From positions 28,436 through 92,435 of the IMG/VR virus record IMGVR_UViG_2609459856_000007: DNA of 64,000 nt. One strand, 5' to 3'. The notes under the pieces are model-generated. The model saw only the letters and a program-made list of their open reading frames with translations, was not told the DNA's origin and did not search any database. Made by a program: the position numbers and the translations under genes. This DNA comes from a virus. Taxonomy: Duplodnaviria > Heunggongvirae > Uroviricota > Caudoviricetes. Below, piece by piece: positions 9,091 through 18,401 of the stretch (position 1 is the first letter of the stretch; every line of letters begins with the position of its first letter).

Positions 9091-10252
9091 AGAAAAAAAC
9101 GCCCGAGCAACTGCCGACGAATCTTTGGCACAACAGATAACTACATTGAAGAGTCAAACGGGCAAGGATATTAAGGCGGCTGTAGCTGAAGAGACGAAAG
9201 CCAGAACTGATGCTGATTCCGCTTTGGCTTCTAATATCACTAATCTACAGGCTCAAACGAGCAAAGATATTCATGCTGCGATTACATCTGAAGCGACTGC
9301 GCGTACAAGCGCCGACAATGCACTAAGTGGGAGAGTTGACACCTTAAAAGCATCAGTAGATGGAAATACAGCAACAATTCAACAACAGGCCACAGCTATT
9401 GCTGATACGAACAAGAAGGTATCAACAGCCTGGACGCTGAAAATGGAAACCTCCACCAGCGGAGGCCAAAAATATGTTGCCGGCATAGCGTTGGGCATCG
9501 ACACAACAGGTCTATCGCAGTTTTTGGTGCAGGCAGATCGCTTTGGTTTGGTGAACTCCGTTAATGGGAAAATTACAACGCCATTCGTTATTGATGCCGG
9601 TGTGGCTTATATGAACGGAGCTTATATCAAGAACGGCACCATTGATAACGCCAAAATAGGCAACTTCATTCAGTCCAACGATTACTCAAGCGGGATGACG
9701 GGGTGGCATATTAATAAAAACGGGAACTCAGAGTTTAACAATGTAACTGTTAGAGGCACCGTTTACGCAACGAATGGCAAATTCACAGGAGAAATACAGG
9801 CTACCAGCGGAACATTCAGAGGCACGGTACAAGCAGATCACTTCGTAGGCGATGTCGCTAACATGTATGTGGGCAATGACTTCTCAGTTCGTTACAACGG
9901 CACATATACAATGACATATACAGACTCTTCTTCGTCTGCATTGCCCAAAAATATTTATGTGGCAATAAATGTATATACGGGGGGCGTCGGCCCTGTTGCA
10001 GCCCAATTTACCTGCAATGGAGTGACGAAGACCGCAACCACTGGTAAGGGGACAACATACAGAGACCCTGATCTTAATTCAACAAGATCTACAGGCGTCG
10101 GTGGCACTCTTTACGCTGCTTTTAACAATGTTACCTCAAGAACTGTTGCTGTTACGGTAAAAGTGACCAGTTCATCACAGACACATATTTATTCGCCCGT
10201 GATGCTAATCAGCCGTGGAAGTGGCGCATTTTCCATGTCGGGCATCAGTTAA
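9086..10252 (+). CDS. fibrous virion protein ORF with no start codon of its own (+1 frame relative to 8764..9090); fusion by frameshift or disrupted gene
   Basis: Coiled-coil-like TxADxALA repeats then beta-rich C-terminal domain; no ATG/GTG/TTG with RBS in frame near 9086; A7 run at 9093-9099. Confidence 0.45.
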   Translation, partial: SEEKNARATADESLAQQITTLKSQTGKDIKAAVAEETKARTDADSALASNITNLQAQTSKDIHAAITSEATARTSADNALSGRVDTLKASVDGNTATIQQQATAIADTNKKVSTAWTLKMETSTSGGQKYVAGIALGIDTTGLSQFLVQADRFGLVNSVNGKITTPFVIDAGVAYMNGAYIKNGTIDNAKIGNFIQSNDYSSGMTGWHINKNGNSEFNNVTVRGTVYATNGKFTGEIQATSGTFRGTVQADHFVGDVANMYVGNDFSVRYNGTYTMTYTDSSSSALPKNIYVAINVYTGGVGPVAAQFTCNGVTKTATTGKGTTYRDPDLNSTRSTGVGGTLYAAFNNVTSRTVAVTVKVTSSSQTHIYSPVMLISRGSGAFSMSGIS

Positions 10253-10323
10253 TTGATGGGAATAATGAGCAGCAATGTATACAGCGTGTTTTCTTAGTGC
10301 AAAAGGATTTTGTATCATGGATA

Positions 10324-10344
10324 ATAAGTAAGTATATACCTATT
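10324..10344. promoter_or_regulatory. ATAAGTAAGTAnATACCTATT motif, followed by hairpin 10346-10367
   Basis: Near-identical 21-mer also at 17735-17755. Confidence 0.4.
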
Positions 10345-10387
10345 TGTGTGGGCAAGGACGCCCACACTTCAAGGAGTGAAAAAGAAC

Positions 10388-13300
10388 ATGTGGTACAGGG
10401 AAGGTACTGTTACATTTACAAAAGGAAGCGACACAATATCAGGCATCGGAACACGTTGGAATTTGACCGAAAACGGCGTGTTACCGGGCATGATTGTCAT
10501 TGGTCCTGACAATAAGTTGTATGAGGTCAAGCGCGTAACCAGTGATACGGTCATTGTCCTCTCAGAACCTTATACCGGCGAAACTCAATCTAAAGTTCCG
10601 TGCCGAATCATTACGACCTATGAAGGCGACTTAACTCAGTTTAGTGCGCGCTTTACTGCACTAATGTCGCGTATGTCGGCTGATTCCAAGTCCATGCGCA
10701 GTTGGTTGACCGCTCTGGATGATGTGACAATCGAGCGTGAAGACGGTACAGAAGTGACCGTTAAGCCGCTAATGCAGATCGTCAACGAGCATAACGAAAA
10801 CGTTGAGTGGTATAAAAATAACACCGATGCGATTGAGGCCGCTGGAGACAAAGCTCGGGAGGCGGCGGCCAGTGCTGTCGCTGCGGCAGAAAGTGCCAAC
10901 ACTGCTGTAGAAAAAGCCTCTCAGGCATCTCAAAGTGCATCCGCTGCGGTATCTTCACAAAGTGCGGCGAGTGAGAGTGCAGCTGCTGCGGAAAAATCTG
11001 AAACAAACGCAGAAGCGGCAAAAGAAGCGGCAGCAGAATCAGCATCTGTGGCGTCGACTAAAGCATCGGAGGCAGCCACATCAGCGTCCAGTGCCTCTGC
11101 ATCTAAGGATGCGGCTAAATTATCAGAGACTAACGCTTCATCGAGTGCAAACGCGGCAGCATCATCAGCTACAGAAGCTGCAAATTCATGTAAGGCAGCA
11201 AAAGCATCAGAGACAAACGCAAAAGCGTCTGAAGCTGCTGCCGAACAGAGTGCATTGTCTGCAAACAGTTCGAAATCTGCGGCAGAAACGTCAGCGAGCG
11301 CGGCCTCAGTAAGCGCGGATAGTGCTTCATCAAGTGCAACGTCGGCAGAAAAGTCTGCGGAAAGCGCTTCGTTATCCGCGGCAAATGCCACCGCTAAAGC
11401 GACAGAGGCGACGAAACAGGCAACAGCTGCGGAAAAGTCAGCAGAGGCGGCAAAATCTTCTGAAACCAATGCAAAGACTTCAGAAGACAATGCCGCTGCT
11501 TCTAAGGAGACAGCAGCCGAATCTGCAAGCTCTGCCTCTGTTTCAGCTTCCTCGGCGTCATCTTCAAAAGATGAGGCCGCTCGCCAGGCGTCAGCGGCAG
11601 CAGAGAGTGCGACAACGGCATCAACGAAGGCGACGGAAGCGGCAGACAGTGCGACGGCGGCTGCGCAGAGCAAAAATGCGGCAGAATCCGCGGCAACACG
11701 CTCTGAGACAGCGGCAAAACGAGCTGAGGATATTGCATCCGCCGTGGCGCTTGAGGATGCAAGCACGACGAATAAGGGAATAGTACAACTTAGTAGCTCA
11801 ACTAATAGCGAATCGGAGTCATTTGCAGCCACCCCAAAAGCAGTAAAGACAGCATATGATCTTGCTAATGGCAAATACACTGCACAGGACGCCACCACGT
11901 CGCAAAAGGGGCTTGTTCAGCTTAACAGTGATACCAACAATAGCAGTGAAAGTTATGCGGCCACATCAAAGGCCGTGAAGGCCGCATACGACAATGCTGA
12001 AACACGCCTTCGGAAAGACCAGAATGGCGCGGATATACCTAGCAAAGACACCTTCGCAAAAAATATTGGCGCAGCGAAAGCTGCTGGCGGCAGTATCAGT
12101 ATTGGGGGAGACAGCAACAACTGGACGACGGCGCAATTTATTGAGTGGTTGGAGTCTCAGGGGGCATTCAATTATCCATACTGGATGTGCAAAGGCTCTT
12201 GGTCTTACGCTGCCAATAAAATCATCACGGATACCGGTTGTGGGAATATACAACTCGCTGGCGCTGTAGTTGAAGTTATGGGGGTTCGGGATGCTATGAC
12301 GATTCGCGTCACTACCCCCACGACGGCAACGAATGGCGGAACCGTCAAGGCTCAGTTTACCTACATCAACCACGGTGACTCTTATGCGCCAGGCTGGAGG
12401 CGCGACTTTAATCGAGCTGGCGATTCAATGTCAGGCCAATTGACTTTGGCGAATATGTCGCAGCCATTAAGATCACCTGGTGGTGGTATATTTGCCAATG
12501 ATGGCAACGTGTATATCAATAAACCGGGTTTCGCTGGATGGATTGATGCACTCTTTTTGAAATTAACCGGAGGAACTTTAACCGGGTCACTTGGATTTCA
12601 AAATTCAAACGGGAAAGTATTCAGGGTGCAGACTACTGAAACTCCGTCACTGAATACTTATATGCAGGTATGGGGAAATTCTTCAAGGCCAACGGTAATT
12701 GAATTCAAAGACGATCAAGGCTATCACTTTTACAGTCAGAGAAACACTGACAATACTATTACAATGAGTATAAATGGAGAGGTGGTTTCCGAAACAGCAA
12801 ATGCTTTCCGTGCAGTATATGGGAATTATGGCTTCTTCATTCGAAATGATGGGGCGAATACTTACTTTCTGTTGACAAATTCAGGTGATCAACATGGAAG
12901 TTGGGGACCTTTACGTCCACTATATATTAGCAATACAACAGGACGAGTGACACTTGGAAATGGCGTTGATATTAGTAATGGGGCAGTAATTAACGGTAGC
13001 GTCGGATTAGGGGTGTCGAATGCGCTTGGCGGAAACTCTATCGTATTAGGCGATAATGATACTGGCTTAAAACAGAATGGTGATGGCATTCTTGATGTTT
13101 ATGCAAATAATGCCCATGTTTTTCGGTTCACTAATGGCACGTTGCAAAGTCTTAAGCCGTTGAGTGTAACGGGGGATATCACGTCAAGTGCATGGGTTTA
13201 TGCCAACAGCTACTCTATCAACAGCGGTTCTGGCGCATGGATCGATATGCGGAGCCAGAACGTCATCTTCGGGAAGAATGCTGTAAGCACAAGCTCTGCA

Positions 13301-13777
13301 CAAGCGTTGTTGAGACAAGACCACGCGGATCGCAAATTCTTTGTGGGTGGCTTGGGAAACAGTCAGTTTGGTTTTTACATGATCAACAACTCACGTACCG
13401 CGAATGGCACGGATGCGAACGCATATCTTCAAAATGATGGTACTTGGGTTTGTGGAGGTAATGGTAACTTTAACGATGTTTATATCCGCTCTGATGCCAG
13501 ACTTAAAAGTAACTTCGCACCGATTAAAAATGCTCTGAGTAAGGTGAAAGTACTGAGCGGATTAATTTACGATAAAAAGGAAAATTTTCAATCTAGTACG
13601 GTTCGTCGTGAGGCGGGTGTTGTTGCTCAGGAACTCCAAAAGGTTTTACCGGAAGCTGTTTCAGCTTACAAAGATGCAAATGGCGAAGATGTTCTGACTA
13701 TTTCAAATTCTGCACAAATAGCACTTCTTATTGAGGCTGTTAAAGAGCTGGCAGCAATCATTGAACAAAAAATATGA
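10388..13777 (+). CDS. tail fibre protein with C-terminal intramolecular chaperone (peptidase S74-like) domain
   Basis: RBS AAGGAG before ATG 10388; long Ala/Ser-rich low-complexity region; fibre repeats (TNKGIVQLSSSTNSESESFAATPKAVKTAYD, twice); C-terminal DARLKSNF...VAQELQKVLPEAV...IALLIEAVKELAAIIEQ. Confidence 0.8.
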   Translation: MWYREGTVTFTKGSDTISGIGTRWNLTENGVLPGMIVIGPDNKLYEVKRVTSDTVIVLSEPYTGETQSKVPCRIITTYEGDLTQFSARFTALMSRMSADSKSMRSWLTALDDVTIEREDGTEVTVKPLMQIVNEHNENVEWYKNNTDAIEAAGDKAREAAASAVAAAESANTAVEKASQASQSASAAVSSQSAASESAAAAEKSETNAEAAKEAAAESASVASTKASEAATSASSASASKDAAKLSETNASSSANAAASSATEAANSCKAAKASETNAKASEAAAEQSALSANSSKSAAETSASAASVSADSASSSATSAEKSAESASLSAANATAKATEATKQATAAEKSAEAAKSSETNAKTSEDNAAASKETAAESASSASVSASSASSSKDEAARQASAAAESATTASTKATEAADSATAAAQSKNAAESAATRSETAAKRAEDIASAVALEDASTTNKGIVQLSSSTNSESESFAATPKAVKTAYDLANGKYTAQDATTSQKGLVQLNSDTNNSSESYAATSKAVKAAYDNAETRLRKDQNGADIPSKDTFAKNIGAAKAAGGSISIGGDSNNWTTAQFIEWLESQGAFNYPYWMCKGSWSYAANKIITDTGCGNIQLAGAVVEVMGVRDAMTIRVTTPTTATNGGTVKAQFTYINHGDSYAPGWRRDFNRAGDSMSGQLTLANMSQPLRSPGGGIFANDGNVYINKPGFAGWIDALFLKLTGGTLTGSLGFQNSNGKVFRVQTTETPSLNTYMQVWGNSSRPTVIEFKDDQGYHFYSQRNTDNTITMSINGEVVSETANAFRAVYGNYGFFIRNDGANTYFLLTNSGDQHGSWGPLRPLYISNTTGRVTLGNGVDISNGAVINGSVGLGVSNALGGNSIVLGDNDTGLKQNGDGILDVYANNAHVFRFTNGTLQSLKPLSVTGDITSSAWVYANSYSINSGSGAWIDMRSQNVIFGKNAVSTSSAQALLRQDHADRKFFVGGLGNSQFGFYMINNSRTANGTDANAYLQNDGTWVCGGNGNFNDVYIRSDARLKSNFAPIKNALSKVKVLSGLIYDKKENFQSSTVRREAGVVAQELQKVLPEAVSAYKDANGEDVLTISNSAQIALLIEAVKELAAIIEQKI

Positions 13778-13839
13778 TAATGTTGGAGAGGCTAAGACCT
13801 CTCCCATAATAAACTGTCATAATATTTGAGAGGGTTATT

Positions 13840-14097
13840 GTGTCAATTTCAAATGTTCCAGGATGGATAGGATCATCAGCGGTTTCCGAAACAGGGCAAC
13901 GTTGGATGAGTGCTGCCCGTATTGGCCTTGCACAAATTGCTGACGTTATGCCTCAAGTTTCTGCCGCAATGGATAAAGCGCAAGGCAATATCTCCAGTGG
14001 AGATACGGTACGCATCATCTTTGGCGTAGCTACCATTCTTGTGGCAGCATTCATTGCCTGGTCCCAGGTTCGCAAGCACCAGAAAGGATTAGTGTAA
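13840..14097 (+). CDS. small membrane protein, possible holin
   Basis: GTG start; one TM helix IIFGVATILVAAFIAW; directly upstream of spanin genes. Confidence 0.35.
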   Translation: MSISNVPGWIGSSAVSETGQRWMSAARIGLAQIADVMPQVSAAMDKAQGNISSGDTVRIIFGVATILVAAFIAWSQVRKHQKGLV

Positions 14098-14099
14098 GT

Positions 14100-14351
14100 A
14101 TGTTCGACGGCCTGTTGTTCAAAATGAAATCCGCTTTGTTCACTCTGGCCGCCGTCATTCTAGTCCTTGTCGGCGCATACTCCTATGGCGGGGATATGGC
14201 CAGACGCAGTATGGAAGAGAAAGAACGGCGGGAAGATAACAAGCGTCTTCAAAGCACAGTGGAAGTGGTGAATGAGACGAACAGTGAAATACGTCAGAAA
14301 GATGCTTCTGCCATTCATCGTGAGCTGCATGATAAGTGGGTGCGTAATTAA
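14100..14351 (+). CDS. Rz-like inner-membrane spanin (i-spanin)
   Basis: N-terminal TM anchor, charged coiled-coil periplasmic region; embedded overlapping lipoprotein ORF. Confidence 0.6.
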   Translation: MFDGLLFKMKSALFTLAAVILVLVGAYSYGGDMARRSMEEKERREDNKRLQSTVEVVNETNSEIRQKDASAIHRELHDKWVRN

Positions 14352-14487
14352 GCCACAGACCACCAGCGTGTTGTTCTGCGATGGCGCTGAACCTATTTAT
14401 ATCAGCAATGACGATGTAATGACCGAAGAAACCGAACGCCAAATCCTTTTTCACAATACGATGGGAGAGAGAGTTTGCGGTTGGTGA
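14302..14487 (+). CDS. Rz1-like outer-membrane lipoprotein spanin (o-spanin), overlapping Rz in +1 frame
   Basis: Lipobox MISGC; starts inside Rz and extends past its stop (overlapped architecture). Confidence 0.5.
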   Translation: MLLPFIVSCMISGCVIKPQTTSVLFCDGAEPIYISNDDVMTEETERQILFHNTMGERVCGW

Positions 14488-14519
14488 TGTCGAAGTTCCC
14501 CTCAAATGAGGGGGACACA

Positions 14520-15041
14520 TTATTCTTCGAACAATTTTTCGATAGATTTTGTTGGATAGAACAAAGAACGATCGTTGTTACCAACCAGCTGGATAAAGCC
14601 CAAACTTTTATAAAACGCCCTGGCTTTATCGTTCAACGCCTCAACGAAAAGCCCATGAATGCCTACCGCAAGAGATGCATTGTACACAACACGCATTGCG
14701 TGAGTTACAAGCATTGAGCCAAGCCCCTGACCTTGAAGAGATTTGTCCAAAGCCAGTCTGCCTAAAGTGATACTTGGGACATGCCGATAAGGCACTTTCT
14801 TTTGCTGACTCTTTGAAGGTAAGTTTTCTTTCTCAAAGCAGCTGCCTGACAAAGTGTAATAACCTAATACCTTTGGTATTTCTTCTTTAGTGCAAAGCAC
14901 ATAAGCGCGAAGAATTTTTCCTTCATGCTGTCTTTTTAAGTGGTTGGTCAAAAATGCGTTTAGTGACTCTTCGCCGCAATCAAAACCGTTTAGATCATAA
15001 TCTTTCTCTCCAGAGAAAATCTCGATCGTCGTATTGCTCAC
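14520..15041 (-). CDS. GNAT-family acetyltransferase toxin (TacT-like)
   Basis: GNAT motif A QGQGLGSMLV; 7 nt downstream of DUF1778-type antitoxin gene; GTG start. Confidence 0.75.
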   Translation of the reverse strand: MSNTTIEIFSGEKDYDLNGFDCGEESLNAFLTNHLKRQHEGKILRAYVLCTKEEIPKVLGYYTLSGSCFEKENLPSKSQQKKVPYRHVPSITLGRLALDKSLQGQGLGSMLVTHAMRVVYNASLAVGIHGLFVEALNDKARAFYKSLGFIQLVGNNDRSLFYPTKSIEKLFEE

Positions 15042-15048
15042 GAGTAAA

Positions 15049-15318
15049 TTACTCCATGCTTTTCAGACGATTGGCAGCTCGTTTCAGCTTGTCGTTCGGT
15101 GCCGGAGGATTGCTTATAGCATCCATAACCAGATTCCAGGACTCTTCACTTAGAACCAGTCTACGGTGTTGCTCTATCACCTTCACGGCACGTTCGGATG
15201 CACTGCTAACCATGAACTGGGTAATGCTCTGGTTAGACATTGCGGCAGCTTCCTCGATGATGCTTTTATCGTCATCGGTTAATCTCAAATCGATGCGCTG
15301 CTTTTTCAGTGCGGACAT
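15049..15318 (-). CDS. DUF1778-family antitoxin (TacA-like)
   Basis: 89 aa; RIDLRLTDDDKSIIEEAAAMSNQSITQFMV... matches DUF1778 pattern. Confidence 0.75.
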   Translation of the reverse strand: MSALKKQRIDLRLTDDDKSIIEEAAAMSNQSITQFMVSSASERAVKVIEQHRRLVLSEESWNLVMDAISNPPAPNDKLKRAANRLKSME

Positions 15319-15329
15319 GTGTACCCCCT

Positions 15330-15357
15330 GATGGCCGGTGATGTAGGAAGGCCATCA
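15330..15357. promoter_or_regulatory. inverted repeat GATGGCC-n-GGCCATC just upstream of tacA-like start, candidate operator
   Basis: Palindrome adjacent to antitoxin start codon. Confidence 0.3.
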
Positions 15358-15437
15358 TTGCTCTCTATTTAAACTGAGTTTTCGACTCAAAGGTTATTTA
15401 ACTGGGCTATAGCCCATTGCGTATGTGTCATCAAATT

Positions 15438-15460
15438 GTGTACGGCAATTTACCGTACAC
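15438..15460. promoter_or_regulatory. inverted repeat GTGTACGG-caattta-CCGTACAC in partition/TA intergenic region
   Basis: Perfect 8-bp arms, 7-bp spacer; candidate centromere or operator. Confidence 0.3.
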
Positions 15461-15637
15461 GTAATATAGAGATGATTGTCACTTTTTTCAACAGACAAAT
15501 GAAAACAGTTACTAGCAATAGGCAATAACAACCTACTAAATAACCTTTACACCGCAGCCGTAGGCATTTAGGCTATATCACATATAAGAAAACAAGTTGT
15601 TTCAGACGATAATTATATACGCAAAGGGAACTCTCCA

Positions 15638-16306
15638 ATGACCAAGATCTTTGTGGTTGGCGGCACAAAGGGCGGGCCTGGCAAATCCACTGTTGCCCAG
15701 CAAATTGCCGTTTGCCTGAAAGTCAAAAAGAAGAAGAAGGTTTATATCACTGATATAGATATTCAGCGCACGACAACAAGCTGGTGTGAAGACCGTCGAC
15801 AGAACGAAGACCTTGAGCTGATTCCTTTTGCATACGTTCAGGATGACATCATTAAGCACCTAAAATCGCTTCAGGGTAGAGCTGAGTTTGTAGTGGTAGA
15901 TGCTGGTGGCTTTGACTCCGAAATTCAGCGACAAGCGATGCTGATGGCCGACGTTATCATTATCCCGCTTCGTCCTAAGCGTCGTGATTTGAAATCTCTG
16001 CGTGACATCGATCCTATTATCGACAATGTTCGTAATGTAAACGATAAAGTGAAGGTCCGCGCGGTCATGAACCAGTGCCCGGCTTTGCCATCACAAGTGT
16101 CTCGCATTTTGGCGGCTAAAGAGATTGTCGAGACGGTTGGCATCGAGTCTGCGCCAGTCAATTTATATAACCGCAACGTCTATGATGATGCGGAAGAGTC
16201 TGGTCGTTCTATCTTTGAAATGACCGGTAGCGAGCGCGACAAAAAGGCGGAAGCCGAGTTTGAAGAATTTGTAGATTATCTGTTGAGTCTGGAGGAAGAA
16301 GAATAA
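15638..16306 (+). CDS. parA: ParA-family partition ATPase (small, type Ib)
   Basis: Deviant Walker A GGTKGGPGKST; RBS AAAGGGA. Confidence 0.8.
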   Translation: MTKIFVVGGTKGGPGKSTVAQQIAVCLKVKKKKKVYITDIDIQRTTTSWCEDRRQNEDLELIPFAYVQDDIIKHLKSLQGRAEFVVVDAGGFDSEIQRQAMLMADVIIIPLRPKRRDLKSLRDIDPIIDNVRNVNDKVKVRAVMNQCPALPSQVSRILAAKEIVETVGIESAPVNLYNRNVYDDAEESGRSIFEMTGSERDKKAEAEFEEFVDYLLSLEEEE

Positions 16307-16665
16307 TGTCCATGAAAATGGGTGACCTAGCAAAGCGCAAAGAGCCTGATGCACCGGCCAAGAACACAACTCCTTTGCGCCAACCAGTCAGACCACAGGG
16401 ACGCCCGACTCGTGGCAAAGAGAAAATTAAAAGCCGCACAATGTCACTGGAGGACGAATACTTCGAACTGCTGGAAATGATGAAGTTCATCCCTCGTTTC
16501 GAGAAGTTCACCCGTTCTGACGTGATTCGCGCAGCCATTTTCCATCTGGCAGAGAAGTCACCGCAGGAAATCGAGGACATCGTGAAACTTAACGAGGCGA
16601 TCACAGCTGCCGATGTCACGATGCGTACCGATGAAATCAAACGAGAGTTGATGAAGAAAGGTTAA
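16306..16665 (+). CDS. partition centromere-binding protein (ParG/ParB-like)
   Basis: Small basic protein coupled to parA (start overlaps parA stop). Confidence 0.5.
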   Translation: MSMKMGDLAKRKEPDAPAKNTTPLRQPVRPQGRPTRGKEKIKSRTMSLEDEYFELLEMMKFIPRFEKFTRSDVIRAAIFHLAEKSPQEIEDIVKLNEAITAADVTMRTDEIKRELMKKG

Positions 16666-16717
16666 AAATTATGCATTGGCGCAATGTACGCGCCAATGCA
16701 TAAGTACAGTGTCAGCT

Positions 16718-17485
16718 TTATGCCGCGCTAACACTATGTTCATTCCTAACCACCCCAACCTTCACAAAAGGGCTGCCGTAGCTTGGTGGCTTCTTGATTA
16801 ATTTGCCTACATACAGTTTTCTAATATGCTCATCGGCTATTCTGCCAACAAATTCATAACGTTTTGTGTCGGGGCCAAGAGCTATATCCCTTGTAAAGTA
16901 CTGCTGAGAACCGGCTTTGACCCAGCATTCAATCTGATAAACTTCCATTATCAGGCCCCCATATGTAGCGTAGGCATATTTGAGATTCTCGTCTCTTGGA
17001 ACCTTTGCCCATACGCCACGCGTAGCTTCATATAATGCCAGAGCGGACATTCCTGACTTGTAGGTGCTGTTTAGCAGGAAGGCAAGACCGGCGTGCTCAG
17101 GAGCAATTTCAGTTTCCTCTTGCAGCACTAAGTGATGGTAGGCGTCCAGTGATATTCTGCCCATCATGGAACCACTTCCTCGTACCTTATTCGTAAGCTC
17201 TCCGACCCCCATAAGGTCGATGCATGTCGCCTCAACAAGTTTGGCTGTGGTTTCATCCATACCATGACGAAGAATATCTATGCCTAATTTTTTATTAGCC
17301 AAAAGTTCTTTGATCCGCATGGATTTGGGAGAGTCATCGGGATACTTGATGTGATCGAGACAACGAGTCGATTTGCCTTTTCCTATGTAAAACGGTCTTT
17401 TCATCTTGTCTTCTGTATCATAGAGACAGTAAACATAGTATTTAGCCTTATCCAATGATTTCGCGTATACCGATAAATCGTCCAT
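16718..17485 (-). CDS. GIY-YIG nuclease domain protein
   Basis: N-terminal YYVYCLYD...PFYIGKGKSTR with downstream Glu/Asn; 255 aa, unknown C-terminal domain. Confidence 0.7.
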   Translation of the reverse strand: MDDLSVYAKSLDKAKYYVYCLYDTEDKMKRPFYIGKGKSTRCLDHIKYPDDSPKSMRIKELLANKKLGIDILRHGMDETTAKLVEATCIDLMGVGELTNKVRGSGSMMGRISLDAYHHLVLQEETEIAPEHAGLAFLLNSTYKSGMSALALYEATRGVWAKVPRDENLKYAYATYGGLIMEVYQIECWVKAGSQQYFTRDIALGPDTKRYEFVGRIADEHIRKLYVGKLIKKPPSYGSPFVKVGVVRNEHSVSAA

Positions 17486-17734
17486 TATTGCATCTCTTAG
17501 CTACTGACTAATGCGTTCTATTTTACACATAAGTGTTTAATCAATTTTACAGGCTCAAAGTGTAGAGCTTCTGGGTGTCTAAGACGACAAGTTATGCCTG
17601 TTTCTGTATATAAATAATAAGTAACTTATTAAATATATACGGAAGCAGGTCTTTTAAAAGACACCCACCAGAACAACTCCCTTCCGTTTCCACTTCCCAA
17701 AAATATCTCCAGTCGCTATGATTCGCTAACTTAG

Positions 17735-17755
17735 ATAAGTAAGTACATACCTATT
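17735..17755. promoter_or_regulatory. ATAAGTAAGTAnATACCTATT motif upstream of Toprim gene
   Basis: ataagtaagtacatacctatt. Confidence 0.4.
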
Positions 17756-17858
17756 AAAGGGAATCATGTGAGCCAGATCTTCTTCAACACTATCGACAAT
17801 GACCAGTACGATTTCATGACAGAGTGGAATACTGATACCGGTTTACGATCTGGATGGC

Positions 17859-18401
17859 GTGATGAAGACCTTCCAGGGTCGTGACATTACCGGTGCAGCA
17901 GAACGCCGGTATCTGTTCCCCATGCAGCTGCCAGCATCGGGTAAATTTCTCTACAACGGCCACAATGCAGTCGGCAAACAGACTGTAGTTGTCTGTGAGG
18001 GGGCGTTCGATGTTATGGGGGTTAAACGAGCTATTTTTGATGAAGAAACATTACGCGATTACGTGGAACCGATAGGAACGTTCGGGATGCATCTATCTGG
18101 TAACACCACTCAGGATGCAGAAGATCAGTTGGGCGCGTTCCTGACGCTCAAGGCGCGTGGATTACGTAATGTGATTATGATGTGGGATAGTGAAAAGCAA
18201 GCTATACGCAACACGATGGCCGCAGCCAGGCGACTGACCAGTATCGGTCTTAATGTCAAAGTAGCGTGTTTGGGCGAGGAAGGACTCGACCCCGGCGATG
18301 CGACACCGGGGCAGATTATCAAAGCCTACTATTGCGCAAAACCTTATTCACGACAGCTTGAACTTTTAAGCAAGGTAAAAGGCATAGCTGCATTAGTTTG
18401 A
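17859..18401 (+). CDS. Toprim domain protein (primase C-terminal-like, no zinc-finger/RNA-polymerase domain)
   Basis: VVVCEGAFDVMG and MMWDSE Toprim motifs; 180 aa. Confidence 0.6.
   Translation: MMKTFQGRDITGAAERRYLFPMQLPASGKFLYNGHNAVGKQTVVVCEGAFDVMGVKRAIFDEETLRDYVEPIGTFGMHLSGNTTQDAEDQLGAFLTLKARGLRNVIMMWDSEKQAIRNTMAAARRLTSIGLNVKVACLGEEGLDPGDATPGQIIKAYYCAKPYSRQLELLSKVKGIAALV

Noticed and set aside
10636-11898. Several long ORFs on both strands inside the tail-fibre gene (for example 10930..11898 minus, 11322..11783 plus)
   Set aside because: Arise from the Ala/Ser-rich low-complexity repeat; alternative frames give poly-Ala/Leu or Arg/Gln-rich nonsense; the fibre frame has the only coherent domain structure.
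17768-17883. Short upstream ORF as the N-terminus of an intact primase joined to the Toprim ORF
   Set aside because: Only 38 codons, no zinc-finger Cys pairs, and the upstream region is a promoter-motif-containing intergenic region rather than coding sequence.
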